Source: Felis catus
Lineage: Eukaryota
Assembly (NCBI RefSeq): GCF_018350175.1
Contig: NC_058371.1
Coordinates: 111,290,001 to 111,354,000, forward strand
Length of the DNA: 64,000 nucleotides
Direction: 5' to 3'
This document shows positions 24,713-37,029 of the stretch, piece by piece. Position numbers and translations under genes: made by a program. Within the stretch, counting starts at the first letter, position 1. Every line of letters begins with the position of its first letter. Under the pieces are notes generated by a model. The model saw nothing but the letters and a program-made list of their open reading frames with translations, ran no database searches and was not told the origin of the DNA.

Positions 24713-25017
24713 TTCAGTTCCTGCTTCTCGACTTTCCCATCTCTGTGACCCAGGTGAATTATTTAGTTTCCTAAAGCCTCAGGTTCCTTAAAGGAAGTAC
24801 TTAATTCATCATGTGTTATGACTAAACTAGATAATGTAGGTTTAGTGCTTAGTCCAGTACCCCTTAATATCTGCTTAGTAAGTGTGGTCGTTACATTTTT
24901 CCTAGCTATTGTTTTCTCCCTCCTGGCATACATTTCTTCTATCCCTCCACCTAGCCTAACTGGTCTACTTTTAAAGTTCTGCAGAAAGCCCTCATCCCTG
25001 TGAAGCCTTAACTAACT
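24713..25017 (+). repeat. Dispersed direct duplication, copy 1 (MIR 3' part plus non-MIR flank)
   Basis: Colinear with 26517-27064 once the SINE is removed; roughly 90% identical by eye. Confidence 0.95.
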
Positions 25018-25424
25018 CACAGTCATTCAGGTCACAGACCATGGCCTGGCCTTTGCCTCATTTTTCTCTTATTGCCTATAGCTAGTCACAAAGTTGTGTG
25101 GTATACTTCTTGATTGTTAGCACCACTACCTAAGTGGTGATATTTCTCTTGATTGTTTAAATTTTTATCCTTTATTCACTGATGTACAGATATATTAAAT
25201 TTGTAACTGATGTACAGGTATCTCAAATGCATTTCTGCCTCTGTGCTTTAGTGATTCTTTCTTTCCTTGTCCTTCTTTCTTTCTTTTTATTTAGAATCTC
25301 AAGGCCATTCAATGATTCTTGTCTCAATGTTCTATCTTTTCTTTGAATTCTTAATGAACTTGTCTAGAATCTTATAATTAACAACTTTAAGATGAGATCT
25401 CTTTGGATTAAAGATAGAATTATT

Positions 25425-26420
25425 AATTCAATTCAGTTCAACGAGCTTTGTTGAGCACCACCTATTTGCCAGGCATTGTGCCAGTTGCTGAGATATGGGG
25501 TACAATGATTTACTCATTAATTCAACAAATATTTTCAAATTCTTAAAATATGCCAAGTCCTGTCTTACCTACGAGTTCCTGCCCTCACAGAGCTTAAAAG
25601 CCAGTTGAGATAAGTATTTCCACTGATGTTTCTTCATGCATGCTAACAGTATGCATGCTAAAGGTAAATCGCAAACCCTTAACAAGGAGGAAACTGATTG
25701 GCCTTCTTTATTTCTTGAATGTCTCCTCATTTTTCTTAGGCACCCTTATTTCTGGAAACTCCTTCACCTAAATCCTCTGCTTCACTCCTCAGCTCTCTTT
25801 CCATGTTCTTCAGCAGCAAATTCAGTGCCCTTGCTTCTAATCACCTTCCAAAATCTGAAAACGAGTCCTCATGTCCAAGTTCCTACTCATCAGTTATTAA
25901 GATCCAACGTGCCTAAACATAAACTCATGTTCTCTCACCACAGTTTCCTCCTTCAGTTTTATTCATCATGGCGCCATCTCTTCTTGAAACCATCCAGTCA
26001 TCTTTGAGTCATCATTTCTCTGCTTCAGTCCTTACATCTAATTAGTCATGAAATTATGTTGATTCTTCCTTCTAATTGTTTTTCATATCCTTTTCTTTGA
26101 ATGTTTCATGATCGTGTTGACCACTCTGGATTAAACATCCGTCATGTCATACTTGAGCCATTAGATTAATTTTCTAACTGGCCCTTTATCTTCATCTTTT
26201 ACTCCCTCCATCTTCCTGCCATAGGAACATTCTTTGAATACTTCCCTTTATTGCCTTTCTTCCTGTTCAAAGATCTATAAAGAAGTCCCATTGTTTATTA
26301 AATCAAATCTAAATTTTCTTGAATTTTCAGGTACTCTATAACTTGGTTCTGATCTGTTTATTCAACTTTTTTTTTTTTTTTCTACTCTCAACATGATTCT
26401 TTTCTAGTCAGGCTATTTTC
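25425..26420. mobile_element. Degenerate L2 fragments, both orientations
   Basis: Antisense L2 tails at about 25425-25610 (ttgttgagcaccacctatttgccaggcattgtgc); pyrimidine-rich L2 body at about 25700-26420. Confidence 0.6.
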
Positions 26421-26454
26421 ATTATGCTATGCTCCTTCTCATGCCCTTGTTCCA

Positions 26455-26695
26455 GAAGTAGTAGTAGAATAAAGGTTAAGAGCTTGGCCTTGGGCATCAA
26501 ACAGACAGGGCTGAAATTCAGTTCCTGCTTGTGAACTTTCCTATCTCTGTGACCCAGGTGAACTACTTAGTTTCCTAAGCCTCAGGTTCCTTAAAGGAAG
26601 TACTTAATTCATTGTGTGTTATGACTAAACTAGATAATGTAGGTTTAGTGCTCAGTACAGTACCCCTTAATAGCTGCTTAGTAAGTGTGGTTATT
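26455..26695 (+). mobile_element. MIR, near full length; probable source of the duplication
   Basis: ggttaagagcttggccttgggcatcaaacagacagggctgaaattc..ctctgtgacccaggtga..agcctcaggttcct. Confidence 0.75.
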
Positions 26696-27064
26696 ACATT
26701 TTTTTCCTAGATACTGTTTTATCCCTCCTGGCATACTTTTCTTTTATCCCTCCACCTAGCTTAACTGGTCTAGTTTTTTTTTTTTTTTAATTTTTTTTAA
26801 CGTTTATTTATTTTTGACACAGAGAGAGACAGAGCATGAACAGGGGAGGGTCAGAGAGAGAGGGAGACACGGAATCTGAAACAGGCTCCAGGCTCTGAGC
26901 TATCAGCACAGAGCCCAACACGGTACTCGAACTCACGGACTGCAAGATCATGACCTGAGCCAAAGTCGGACGCTTAACTGACTGAGCCACCCAGGCGCCC
27001 CAATAACTGGTCTACTTTTAAAGTTCTGCACAAAGCCCTCATCCCTATGAAGCCTTAACTAACT
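26517..27064 (+). repeat. Dispersed direct duplication, copy 2 (SINE-interrupted)
   Basis: Same sequence as 24713-25017 with a SINE at 26774-27001. Confidence 0.95.
26774..27001 (-). mobile_element. Can-SINE (SINEC_Fc type)
   Basis: T tail, (GA)n, ccacccaggcgcccc end; TSD taactggtcta[g/c]ttttt. Confidence 0.97.
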
Positions 27065-27149
27065 TACTTGTGCTTTGTCTGAATTTCTAAATAACAGATT
27101 ACACAGAAATTTGGAGGTGAAATTACATATGTAGAGAGTGAATACAAAC

Positions 27150-27310
27150 TGGTATTTGGGGATCCAAGAGGCCTGGAATCTAAGCTATTTTTCCAATAAC
27201 TAGCGTGAGGCCCTAGACATACTCATTCTGAATCTCAGTTTCCTCATCTTAAAAATGAGGAAATTACTACTTTTTTCCACTTTATAATGTTGTCAGAGGA
27301 TCAAATGAAC
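27150..27310 (+). mobile_element. MIR fragment
   Basis: tctgaatctcagtttcctcatcttaaaaatgagg..gttgtcagaggatcaaatga. Confidence 0.7.
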
Positions 27311-27383
27311 TTACCTCAGAAATTGTCCTGGATTGTTACATGTACATGTTTTTTACCACATGTTGATAGATTGATTGTTAAGA

Positions 27384-27912
27384 TTTTTTTTCAGCTTTAT
27401 TGAGGTATAATTGACAAATGAAATGGTAAGATATTTAAAATGTAGACCATGATGATTTGATATATGTATGCATTGTGAAAGGGTCTCACCATCTAGTTAA
27501 TTAACACATACATCACTTCATGTATTTATCTTCTTGTGTGTGTGTGAGGACATTTAAATTCTACTCTCAGCAAATTTCAGTTAGACATTATAGTATGCAG
27601 TATCAACTATAGTCACTGTGTTATACATTAGATCCTCAAACCTTATTTATCTTATAGCTGAAAAGTCTGTACCCTTTTACCACCCTCTCCCTATTTCTTC
27701 CACACCTCAAGCCCCTGGCAACCACTTTTCTACTCTGTTTCTATGAGTTTGACTTTTTTTTTTGATTCCACATGTAAGTGATATCATATGGTATTTTCCT
27801 TTCTCTGTATAGTTTATTTCCCTTAGCATAATGCCCTCAAGGTCCAACCATGTTGTTGCAAATGGTGGGATTTTCTTCTTTCTCATGGCTGACTAATATT
27901 CCATTGTATATA
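27384..27912 (-). mobile_element. L1 3' end (L1MA8/9-like)
   Basis: cagctttattgaggtataattgacaaa..catgttgttgcaaatgg..atggctgactaatattccattgtatat; TSD tgattgtta[a/g]gat. Confidence 0.92.
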
Positions 27913-29271
27913 TGATTGTTAGGATATTTTGGTTAAGGTTACACATTGATTTGTGTAGCATTTATAGAACTTTGGGAAAATAACTATATAAAAATTATAC
28001 TTATTATAGGTATTATTTAACAAATACATTTCTTTAGGACAGTACTAAAATAACTTGTTATTAAGAAATTTAGTTTTCTAAATTTATTTTGTATTCATTA
28101 TTGTTTTGTCTAGGACCTTGAGAATTACACTTCTCGAAAGAATGGGGTTTAAAACAAACTTTTAAACAAAATTTTGGCATTCTTAGTGCTTAGTGATAAT
28201 TCTAGAGATTATTATGCTTTCTGGATTTATTTTAAGGCATAAGGAATAAAGGAGACATTAAGAATAAACACTAATTAGTAAAGCTTATTTTTTGCTAGCT
28301 TTACAGTCTAACTTTTCCCTATTTTTAAACTGTTTAGTTTTATTTTTAGTTAGTCTGAAGCCCACCAATTTTTGTCCAAAGGGCAAAATTATTGCTAAAA
28401 TGGTCCAGTATGTAAGATTACCCCTGTGTTGGCCCCACCCAGGCTAATTGGCATTATTGAAGGTGGGTAGAAGGAATGCTAGCCACAGGGAGTTGCCCAT
28501 TTTCTGTGATTCATATCTTGGAGACACTGGGGTAAAATTTAGAGGGAATCCACTCCTATTTAAATGCCAGGTTCTCACTTCTAGACAATTATTTTTCAGT
28601 ACACAACCCCCCCCCCCCTCGCTTTTTAAAATCTGGCCGCACCTCTTAGGAAAACAGAAAACACCTCAAGCTATCACAAGTTGCTTCTTCAGTATTATTC
28701 ATTCATATTTTTGTTAACTGCAAACACAAGAAATAAGATGTACAATTCAAAGTGGTGTTAGCTGTGTTTCTTTTTTGTTTTGTTTTGTTTTGTTTAGCTT
28801 CAGCTCTGGAGATTTTGTAAATAAAAATGCATGCAGTAGAGGTGAAAATGATGGTTTTCAAAGACCCAATTTGGAGTTTCTAGGAGTTCCTTCCTGCCCC
28901 TGCCCCCCCCACCCCAGCCCCCACCCTGTGTTAATGCTTTCAGAAGAAACAATATTGCAAAATTAATGTAATCTGTGAAGGAACCCTTTGGAGGCTATAG
29001 AGCTTTCCAAACTGACCATGCAAAGCACATATGCTATGTTAGCATCTTTGGTGATTTAGAAGAACCTGTGGCAATAACAGTAATAGGCCAAACTTTTCAC
29101 TAGGGTCTCTGAGTAGAATCCTTGAACAAAAAAAGTGAAAGTAGTGAGCATAAAGTCAGAAAATAATTAGACTTAACAGATGTCATTTATATAGAATTTA
29201 AAGCAGTTTAGCTGTCATCTTCCTATGGAAATGTTTCCATTTGTTTCTGTGCTGAAGTATGCAGCTAAGAA

Positions 29272-29411
29272 NNNNNNNNNNNNNNNNNNNNNNNNNNNNN
29301 NNNNNNNNNNNNNNNNNNNNNNNNNNNNNNNNNNNNNNNNNNNNNNNNNNNNNNNNNNNNNNNNNNNNNNNNNNNNNNNNNNNNNNNNNNNNNNNNNNNN
29401 NNNNNNNNNNN
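29272..29411. other. N run, 140 nt
   Basis: Directly visible. Confidence 0.99.
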
Positions 29412-30463
29412 GAGTGGAATTTGAAATGAAAATTACCATAAAGTAATATGCTTACATTCTTCCTTTAGGGTCAATATTTAAAGTTCGCTAATGTAAGAAC
29501 CTTTGAAAAGTAAGACTTTCATTTTCAAAAGTTTTTTTCTTTTTCTTTGCCTCCTGAGTAATTCTTCCTTAGTGGAGCTCCAGCCCTGTTTTCCAAAAGA
29601 GGATGATGGCTATGTCATTTTTCTGGTTTGTCCGTTTTTAAATTAGTCTTTGGTTTTCATATTATTTCTATCAGCTTATTTCAAAGTCCAATTTTTAAAT
29701 GAGGTTCTTTGACTTAATGAATTCTACTGGAAGTAATTATATTACTAGCCAAAATTCATTAATTCAACTAAATTTAATAATTTGCTAGGAAACATGACTG
29801 AATTTTTTTTTTAATGGCAATATGCTCCTGTGAATTGTGACAGGCCAAGCAGGAAAAGAAAACAAATAACCTCTGTAAGCTTCTATTATCAAAACTATTT
29901 CTGTGTACAGTTCTCTACTTTTTTTCTACCTCCACTCAAAATCCATAGGTAAATATTTTCTTCTTTTGACAACAAAGGGACTAATATAGTCTTTTTTTTG
30001 GGTTTTTGTTGTTGTTGTTTTAAGAATAGGAAGTTTGAGGAGTGGAGGAATTTGGGAGTAAATGTGGGTTGTAGGGTTAGCATGGGTAATAAAGACAGTA
30101 TTTTTCAACATAGCCTCTGGGGTGAAGAGTGGAAGTTTCTTGGACCTACAGAGGAAAGTGAGAGTCTAGAGATTAGATAAATCGAGGTTCAGCTATGTAA
30201 ATGAATTGACAAATTTTAGCTACCTCCCATAGAACACTTCAGAAATTTGTTTCTAATTGTGGCCCATTGCAGAAAAATATAAACATTGTTGATTTAGATC
30301 ACTGCTCTTACACAAATTGTCTACATTTCATGCAGTTTTAAGTAAAGTGATATTACAACATTTTTGTGTGGTGTTGGTTCATTCTCATTTTTTCTGATGG
30401 GTATGTTGTTCCTCCTCACTCCAGGTTCCCACTAAGTTTTCCTCTCACATGTCTACGACTCAG

Positions 30464-30757
30464 NNNNNNNNNNNNNNNNNNNNNNNNNNNNNNNNNNNNN
30501 NNNNNNNNNNNNNNNNNNNNNNNNNNNNNNNNNNNNNNNNNNNNNNNNNNNNNNNNNNNNNNNNNNNNNNNNNNNNNNNNNNNNNNNNNNNNNNNAAAGA
30601 GNNNNNNNNNNNNNNNNNNNNNNNNNNNNNNNNNNNNNNNNNNNNNNNNNNNNNNNNNNNNNNNNNNNNNNNNNNNNNNNNNNNNNNNNNNNNNNNNNNN
30701 NNNNNNNNNNNNNNNNNNNNNNNNNNNNNNNNNNNNNNNNNNNNNNNNNNNNNNNNN
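30464..30757. other. Two N runs (132 and 156 nt) separated by aaagag
   Basis: Directly visible. Confidence 0.99.
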
Positions 30758-31362
30758 ATAGGAGTCTTATAAATGCCTTGATGATGAAAAATGAGAATAG
30801 TATCCCTTTGGCCCTATGTATGAATATATGTATAATGTGTTGGGGTATTTTAACTCTTTGGTGCAATCCACAGTGGTAACACTTACACATTTCCATCTGA
30901 TTTTAGAGATGTATTTTGTAATGACTTTGGGATGAAGATAATACATATTAAAAATGGCAAAATCTTGTTCAATCTAAATCTTGACCATAGGAAGTAGAGG
31001 CAGATTGTCATGGATTAATTATATTTTTTATCTGATCAGAATTTACAAGCACATAATTGAAGTGTCCCAAATAGAAGTGTTACTTTCCAAATCCTCTAAA
31101 ACAGGATTTTGATATTTTTAACTGAATGCACATTATGGATAGGGATACGAATGGGAAATGTGGTATCATGAACAGATGATAAATTTCTCTTTCATGTATT
31201 GTTAGATATAGATCAGGCAAAAGTCTTAGCCTTTTCCAAGAACAAAATATTATTTTTTCCCTAAAATAATGCTAGCAAATAGAATTCAGATACTTTCTTT
31301 TTATAATCAGCCCAGGAATACAAATTTGAATGTGAAATGCTGTGTTTTCTTTGCCAAAACTT

Positions 31363-31584
31363 AAAAAATTTTTTTTAATTAACATTTATTTATTTTTTGA
31401 GAGTCGGAGAGAGACAGAGCACAAGCAGGGGAGGGGAAGAGAGAGGGAGACACAGAATTGGAAGCAGGCTCCAGGCTCTGAGCGGTCAGCACAGAGCTGG
31501 ATGCGGGGCTCAAACCCATGAACCGTGAGATCATGACCCGAGCTGAGGTCAGTCGCTTAACCAACTGAGCCACCCAGGCGCCCC
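31363..31584 (-). mobile_element. Can-SINE
   Basis: Full length; perfect TSD tctttgccaaaactt at 31348-31362 and 31585-31599. Confidence 0.97.
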
Positions 31585-31716
31585 TCTTTGCCAAAACTTT
31601 TGTCCTAACCAGAGAATTTTACTCATATTCAATACGACAATTCCTTAGAAAAACTGAATGCTATAGCTGAGTTTATTATAAAATAACTTTATGCTTCTTA
31701 TATGAGATACTCTTTT

Positions 31717-31932
31717 AAAAATTTTTTTAAATGTTTATTTATTTTTGAAAGAAACAGAGACAGAAAGCGAGTGGGTTAGGGACAGAGAGAGAGGGAGACA
31801 CAGAATCCGAAGCAGGCTCCAGGCTCTGAGCTGTCAGCACTAGAGCCTGATGCGGTGCTTGAACTCACCAACCTGAGATCATGACCTGAACAGAAGTTGG
31901 ACGCTCAACCAACTGAGCCACCCAGGAGCCCC
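31717..31932 (-). mobile_element. Can-SINE
   Basis: Full length; TSD ttatatgagata[c/t]tctttt. Confidence 0.96.
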
Positions 31933-31994
31933 TTATATGAGATATTCTTTACATTAGTAGTAATAGTGGCATGAGGAAGAAAATTCTGATTTTC

Positions 31995-32219
31995 TTTTTG
32001 TTTAAATTTTTTTTTTAACGTTTATTTATTTTTGAGACGGAGAGAGACAGAGCGTGAGCGGGGGAGGGGCAGAGAGAGAGGGAGACACAGAATCTGAAAC
32101 AGGCTCCAGGCTCTGAGCTGTCAGCACAGAGCTCGACGCGGGGCTCGAACCCACGGACCGCGAGATCATGACCTGAGCCGAAGTCGGATGCTTAACCAAC
32201 CAAGCCACCCAGGCACCCC
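31995..32219 (-). mobile_element. Can-SINE, CpG-rich and relatively young
   Basis: Full length; TSD gaaaattctgattttc at 31979-31994 and 32222-32237. Confidence 0.97.
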
Positions 32220-32605
32220 TTGAAAATTCTGATTTTCAATACTATTCAAATTTCTCTGTGTCTGTATCTTTGTAATGGTATAGCAGATGAATATAATGAT
32301 TTATAAATGGAAAATGATTGCCAAGGGACATGTATGGACATTTTTAGAAAAAAATATATCACTATTTAGCTGGGTTTTTCATAATAATAGATAAGATAAA
32401 ATTTCTTAAAAGTCATTATAATTGGCTTTCTATGAAACTATTATTATTTTAATTCTTAGTGTCTAATGACATTGGTGTTTTATTTTATATGATTTAAGTG
32501 ATCTAGAAGGTTGAAACATCAAACATATTATTTAAGTATCTTTTATTCTCTATTCTTTCTTCATAAAATTATCACCATTTGTGATTTTACATTTATTTCA
32601 TGATT

Positions 32606-32805
32606 AAAACATTTTTTGAATGTTTATTTATTTTTGAAGGAGAAAGAGACAGACTGTGAGCAGGGGAGGAGCAGAGAATCCAAAGTGGGCTGCAGGCTCT
32701 AAGTGGTCAGCACAGAGCCGGACCCAGTGTTTGAACTCATGAACTGTGAGATCGTGACCTGAGCCAAAGTTGGACGCGTAACTGACTGAGCCACCCAGGC
32801 ATCCC
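32606..32805 (-). mobile_element. Can-SINE, older
   Basis: Ends gccacccaggcatccc; TSD tatttcat[g/a]att. Confidence 0.95.
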
Positions 32806-33474
32806 TATTTCATAATTTTTTAAACTAATATTTGTATCTCAAATATAAACTAAGAATAGGAACTAGGTCTATTGTTTGCCAACTGTAGAATACTCACACT
32901 TAGTTTTTGACACATAGTAAGCCTTCAGTACATATTCTTGAATACATGTGAAAACAAAATACTTATAATGAATAAATTATCCTTTGAGACAGCTGCAATT
33001 TACCAAGGCAGAAATGAGGTCAGTGGCAGGAGAAGAAAAGGAAAGGTAAGAGTCTTTACTTCTTTCGCTATAAACAGATGGGACTTATTGGCCTATGACC
33101 TGTCCCATTTTGAGCAGGTTGTAGAATGCTGTCTTACCTAGGGCTTTTATTCATGATGATTTAAACCTGTGTTTATGAACACAGGAAGGAAAATGGTGAA
33201 GTTTCATGCTGTATAGAAAAATGTATCTCTGATTTGTAACTTTTGACAATTTTTGTGGTACAAATACTTTCACCAAGAATGATTTCAAATACCAAAGTGA
33301 TGTTACCAAATGCCAAGTTGGAAAGAGATATGCATGATGAGCTTTCTCCTGCAGAACTAGCACATCATTGTGAGAACATGTCTTTGAAAATCTACTTTTT
33401 CAACTTATTTTTCTTCTACTCCCACATGAAAGTTTATTCTAATAATACTGGACATCTGCTAGATTTATATTTGT

Positions 33475-33805
33475 GGTGAATGGGGGACCTGGTCTGCCTA
33501 GACCCCTTCCAGAAAGGACCTGTGCCCAGTTGCCTCCAGGTCTTAGCTTTTTTTTCTGACTACCTCAGCTTCCTAGTGTTGCCTCACCCAAGGTCACATC
33601 CTTCTGGACATTCTATGACAGAGCCAGGCAAGGATGTAAGGTCTGGCTCCAGAGCTCCCCATGGTGCTGGCAGACTTTCAAGTCCTGTATCACAGTTTAG
33701 TTTCCCCCTCTGCCTGATCCTCCTTCCTCTTGTTCCTTTCCACAGATATTTATCCTAATAATATCCTGCATTTAGTGTCTACTTCGGAGAACCAGATTTG
33801 ACCAC
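33475..33805 (+). mobile_element. LTR16-like (ERVL) LTR
   Basis: tgcctcacccaaggtcacatcc..cctctgcctgatcctccttcct..ttccacagat..cctaataatatcctgca..gtctacttcggagaacc. Confidence 0.7.
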
Positions 33806-33829
33806 CCTTCTGTACTATACTTCATTTTG

Positions 33830-34155
33830 CTCCATTGCCCTGGAAGAACCTTCCCATCTTCCCTGCTGACCAGGTGCTTATCCATCTTTTCCAAAGTTAG
33901 CACAGGTTCATCTTTTCCAGGAAATATGTGAACAACTATAGGATAGGCCAAGTGGTTTCATAGCACCCTTCTCTGGGTTTCATAGAATCTTGGGCAGATT
34001 GCTATCTCTTTTCTTACCACCTGTGCCAATATCTGTTTGCTTATCTTGCTCTAGATTGTGAATTCCTCAGGAGGTCTCTTCTATACCGTTACCCCCATGC
34101 CTGACACAATGATGACACATAATAAGCTCTCAATAAATAGTATTTGTTGAAGTTA
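33830..34155 (+). mobile_element. L2 3' end
   Basis: ctagattgtgaattcctcaggagg..ccatgcctgacacaatg..ctcaataaatagtatttgttgaa. Confidence 0.7.
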
Positions 34156-35041
34156 ATTAAGTCAAATGACCTATCTAAACTCATCCATTTCCCCTCGTGA
34201 GTTGATTATATAATAATAGGAGGAGTCTGAACCCCTGTGCTACTGAGGTGGAGTCCTGTAGGAAAGCAATTACAAACCTAATTCTTGAAGACTTGAAAAG
34301 ACCATCACCTGGACCATAGTGTTGGTCATCTTCTGTTGGTATGAAGGCAGTGACACTGACATATTTATAACATAGGCCAGAAGTAAAAACTTAAATGAAA
34401 ACGTATATGTCTCTTGAAAAAATACAAACAGCCAACTTCCAAATGATAGGGTAAGAGTCTTCTTCCCTGGTTCATATATTTGTACAAGAAAGAAAAATGA
34501 ATACTCAAATGTCATTTCTATTTATAAAGGAGTTAATTTCATTGTCTGATTAAAATATAAATATCTTCTGTAGAGTATATGTGAAGTTTATAAAATAAGT
34601 ACTGTTTACTATTTTTTTTTTAGTGTTCACTAATTTTGAAAGAAAGTAGAAATCACTGGTAAGGACATATTTAATAGTTGTCAGAGAACTGATTTCATGT
34701 TAGTAAAATCCAGTTGTATGATTTTATGACATGTTAATTCATAAAATCTGAGTTTGTTTTAACATTTGGTTTGACAGTAGTCTATTAATAGACAGCTAAA
34801 TTTGTGGAAATTAGACAAAGTGTTTACCTTTGTGATCACTGTTTGACCTGAAACGAACCTTTAAAAATATTTAACATAATTTTTGCAAGGGTTATTATAG
34901 AGGCCAACTTTTTTGTATAAAATCGTACAGAAGAAGAGAGACCAGAGAGTAGTATAAAGTAGGGAGTAGAGGAAATCTTATGTTGGAACATTTCTACCTT
35001 TGTTCAAATATTATGGTCTATAGTTAGAAATAACGTTTTTA

Positions 35042-35276
35042 TTTTTATTTTTTATTTAAAAAAATTTTTTTTTCAACGTTTATTTATTTTTGGGACAGAG
35101 AGAGACAGAGCATGAACGGGGGAGGGGCAGAGAGAGAGGGAGACACAGAATCAGAAACAGGCTCCAGGCTCTGAGCCATCAGCCCAGAGCCTGAAGCGGG
35201 GCTCGAATTCCTGGACGGCGAGATCGTGACCTGGCTGAAGTCGGACGCTTAACTGACTGCGCCACCCAGGCGCCCC
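35042..35276 (-). mobile_element. Young Can-SINE (SINEC_Fc type)
   Basis: Same diagnostic variants as the 2444 element; perfect 16-bp TSD agaaataacgttttta at 35026-35041 and 35277-35292. Confidence 0.98.
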
Positions 35277-35628
35277 AGAAATAACGTTTTTAAATGTGGC
35301 AATTAGATCATGATAAAATGGGGTGAAAATATATGTGAGGTCAATAGAGTTTTGTGTCTAGTTAAATGAAGCTTAATAATAATACAGCAGTATGACTAGG
35401 CTCTAGATATAATTGGTTTTTGTAGCACAGTGCCCTGTCTGTGTTTTTATGATTCTGTATTCTGTATTCAATTCATCCTCTAGTTACAATGCTATTTTAC
35501 GTATTTTTTTCTGGATCAAGTTCCAGCAACTAGAACATTTAAGTAAAGAGATCTAACTTTTGGCATGTGACTTACTCAATTAGATGATGGAGAAAAATTC
35601 CCCTTGAGTGAAGCTAAAGATCTAGAAT

Positions 35629-36044
35629 TGCATTAGTTTGTAAGAACTGCTGAAACAAAGTGTCGACGATCGAGGGGCTTAAACAACAGAAATGTATTGC
35701 CTTAGTTCTGGAGGCAAGAAATCTGAGATTGAGGGGTGTCAGCAGAGCTATGCTTCTCTGAGCGTATGAGGGAAGAATCTTTCCAAGGAATCTTTCCCAG
35801 AGCCTGTTAATTCCTTGGTTTGTGGAAGCATAACACCAACTTCCACATTGCATTCTTCCTATATCTCCAAATTTCCCCTTTTTGTAAAGACACTAGTCAT
35901 GTTGGTATAGGTTCACTCTTTTCCAGTGTGGGACCTCATCTTAACTAATAGCATGTGCAATGACCCTATTTCCAAATAAGGCTTTATTCTGAGGTATTAA
36001 GAGTTAAGACTTCAACACATGACTTTGGAATTCAACCCATAACA
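35629..36044 (-). mobile_element. MLT1A/B/C-like MaLR solo LTR
   Basis: tgcattagttt..ggcttaaacaacagaaatgtatt..gttctggaggc..ccctatttccaaataagg..ttcaacccataaca. Confidence 0.9.
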
Positions 36045-37029
36045 AGAGCCAATAAAATTTATGGCCAGTTTTAACAAAGATGCCTCCCATTGTTGCCTGG
36101 TACTCTAATTCTTTCTCTAAAATACTGTTTATTCAGAGATCACATGTTTATGGGATTCTATCAAGTTAATATTATAATTATTTTTTATTGACTCTTATGG
36201 GGAATAAATCCATAAGATGCCATGCTGAACACTTGACAGAATGAAACATTTACTGTACCTGGCAGCCTGCAGTGTGCAGTGTCTGGTCAAGTGTTATCAG
36301 CATCACAGGCAATGTGCTTTGTAAGACAAAGTCACTCTAATGCTTCTTTGGTGTCCACATTTTCTAGTACTACTGTTTTATCTAGGCTGTAGGAATCTTT
36401 TCCTGGTGCTCCCAGAGCTAAGCTGTTTTTCTCTTAGAAGGAGTGTGAAACCAGGTTTAGAACGTAGGCCTAGGAGCCAGAGACTCATGCCCAGCCTTAC
36501 ATCACTTGGTGCTCTTGGGAATATCACTGCCTTTTCAAGGTTCCAACTTCCTTTTTATCACATGAGATTTTGAACTAGGTCAGAGCTTGTACAGCGGTGC
36601 TGCTTAGACCTTTAGAATCTCTAAAGGCCCAGTGAAGGGAGCATAGAAGTAGAAGAACCAAGACCCTTCATACCCTGGCAGTTTCTATACCTTTAACTCT
36701 CAGACAATAGCTGTAGAGTAAATCATTTATTTACTGGGGATCTGAGTATGATTTTGATCTGATGCTACATGATGGATTGAAAATCACTAGACTGGATTCC
36801 ATGTTGCCTTCATGTTTTGAAATTCTATGTCACTATCATTTGAATAGAAATTGTTATAAATTAAGGCTCCTTATCATGGCTTTCAAAAGAAAAGAAATAT
36901 ATAATTTCGTTATGGATGATATCTTTATTCTAAGAGATTTTCCAATGTATATTACAAGAATCCTAAGTATATTAAACCTTATAAATTGCCTTTCTTCAGC
37001 ACTATCATTATCTTTCATTTAACCCTACT

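Noticed and set aside
25636-26007. 123-aa ORF
   Set aside because: Lies in pyrimidine-rich decayed L2-like sequence; the Leu/Ser/Pro/Phe bias follows base composition.
28775-28966. Acceptor-like tttgtttag followed by an open frame
   Set aside because: The pyrimidine tract is a (TTTTG)n repeat, I see no matching strong donor, and the peptide is unrecognised.
30366-30896. Long ORFs spanning N runs (also 1277, 16857, 21134, 29215, 49365, 53331)
   Set aside because: Their length is an artefact of N codons containing no stops.
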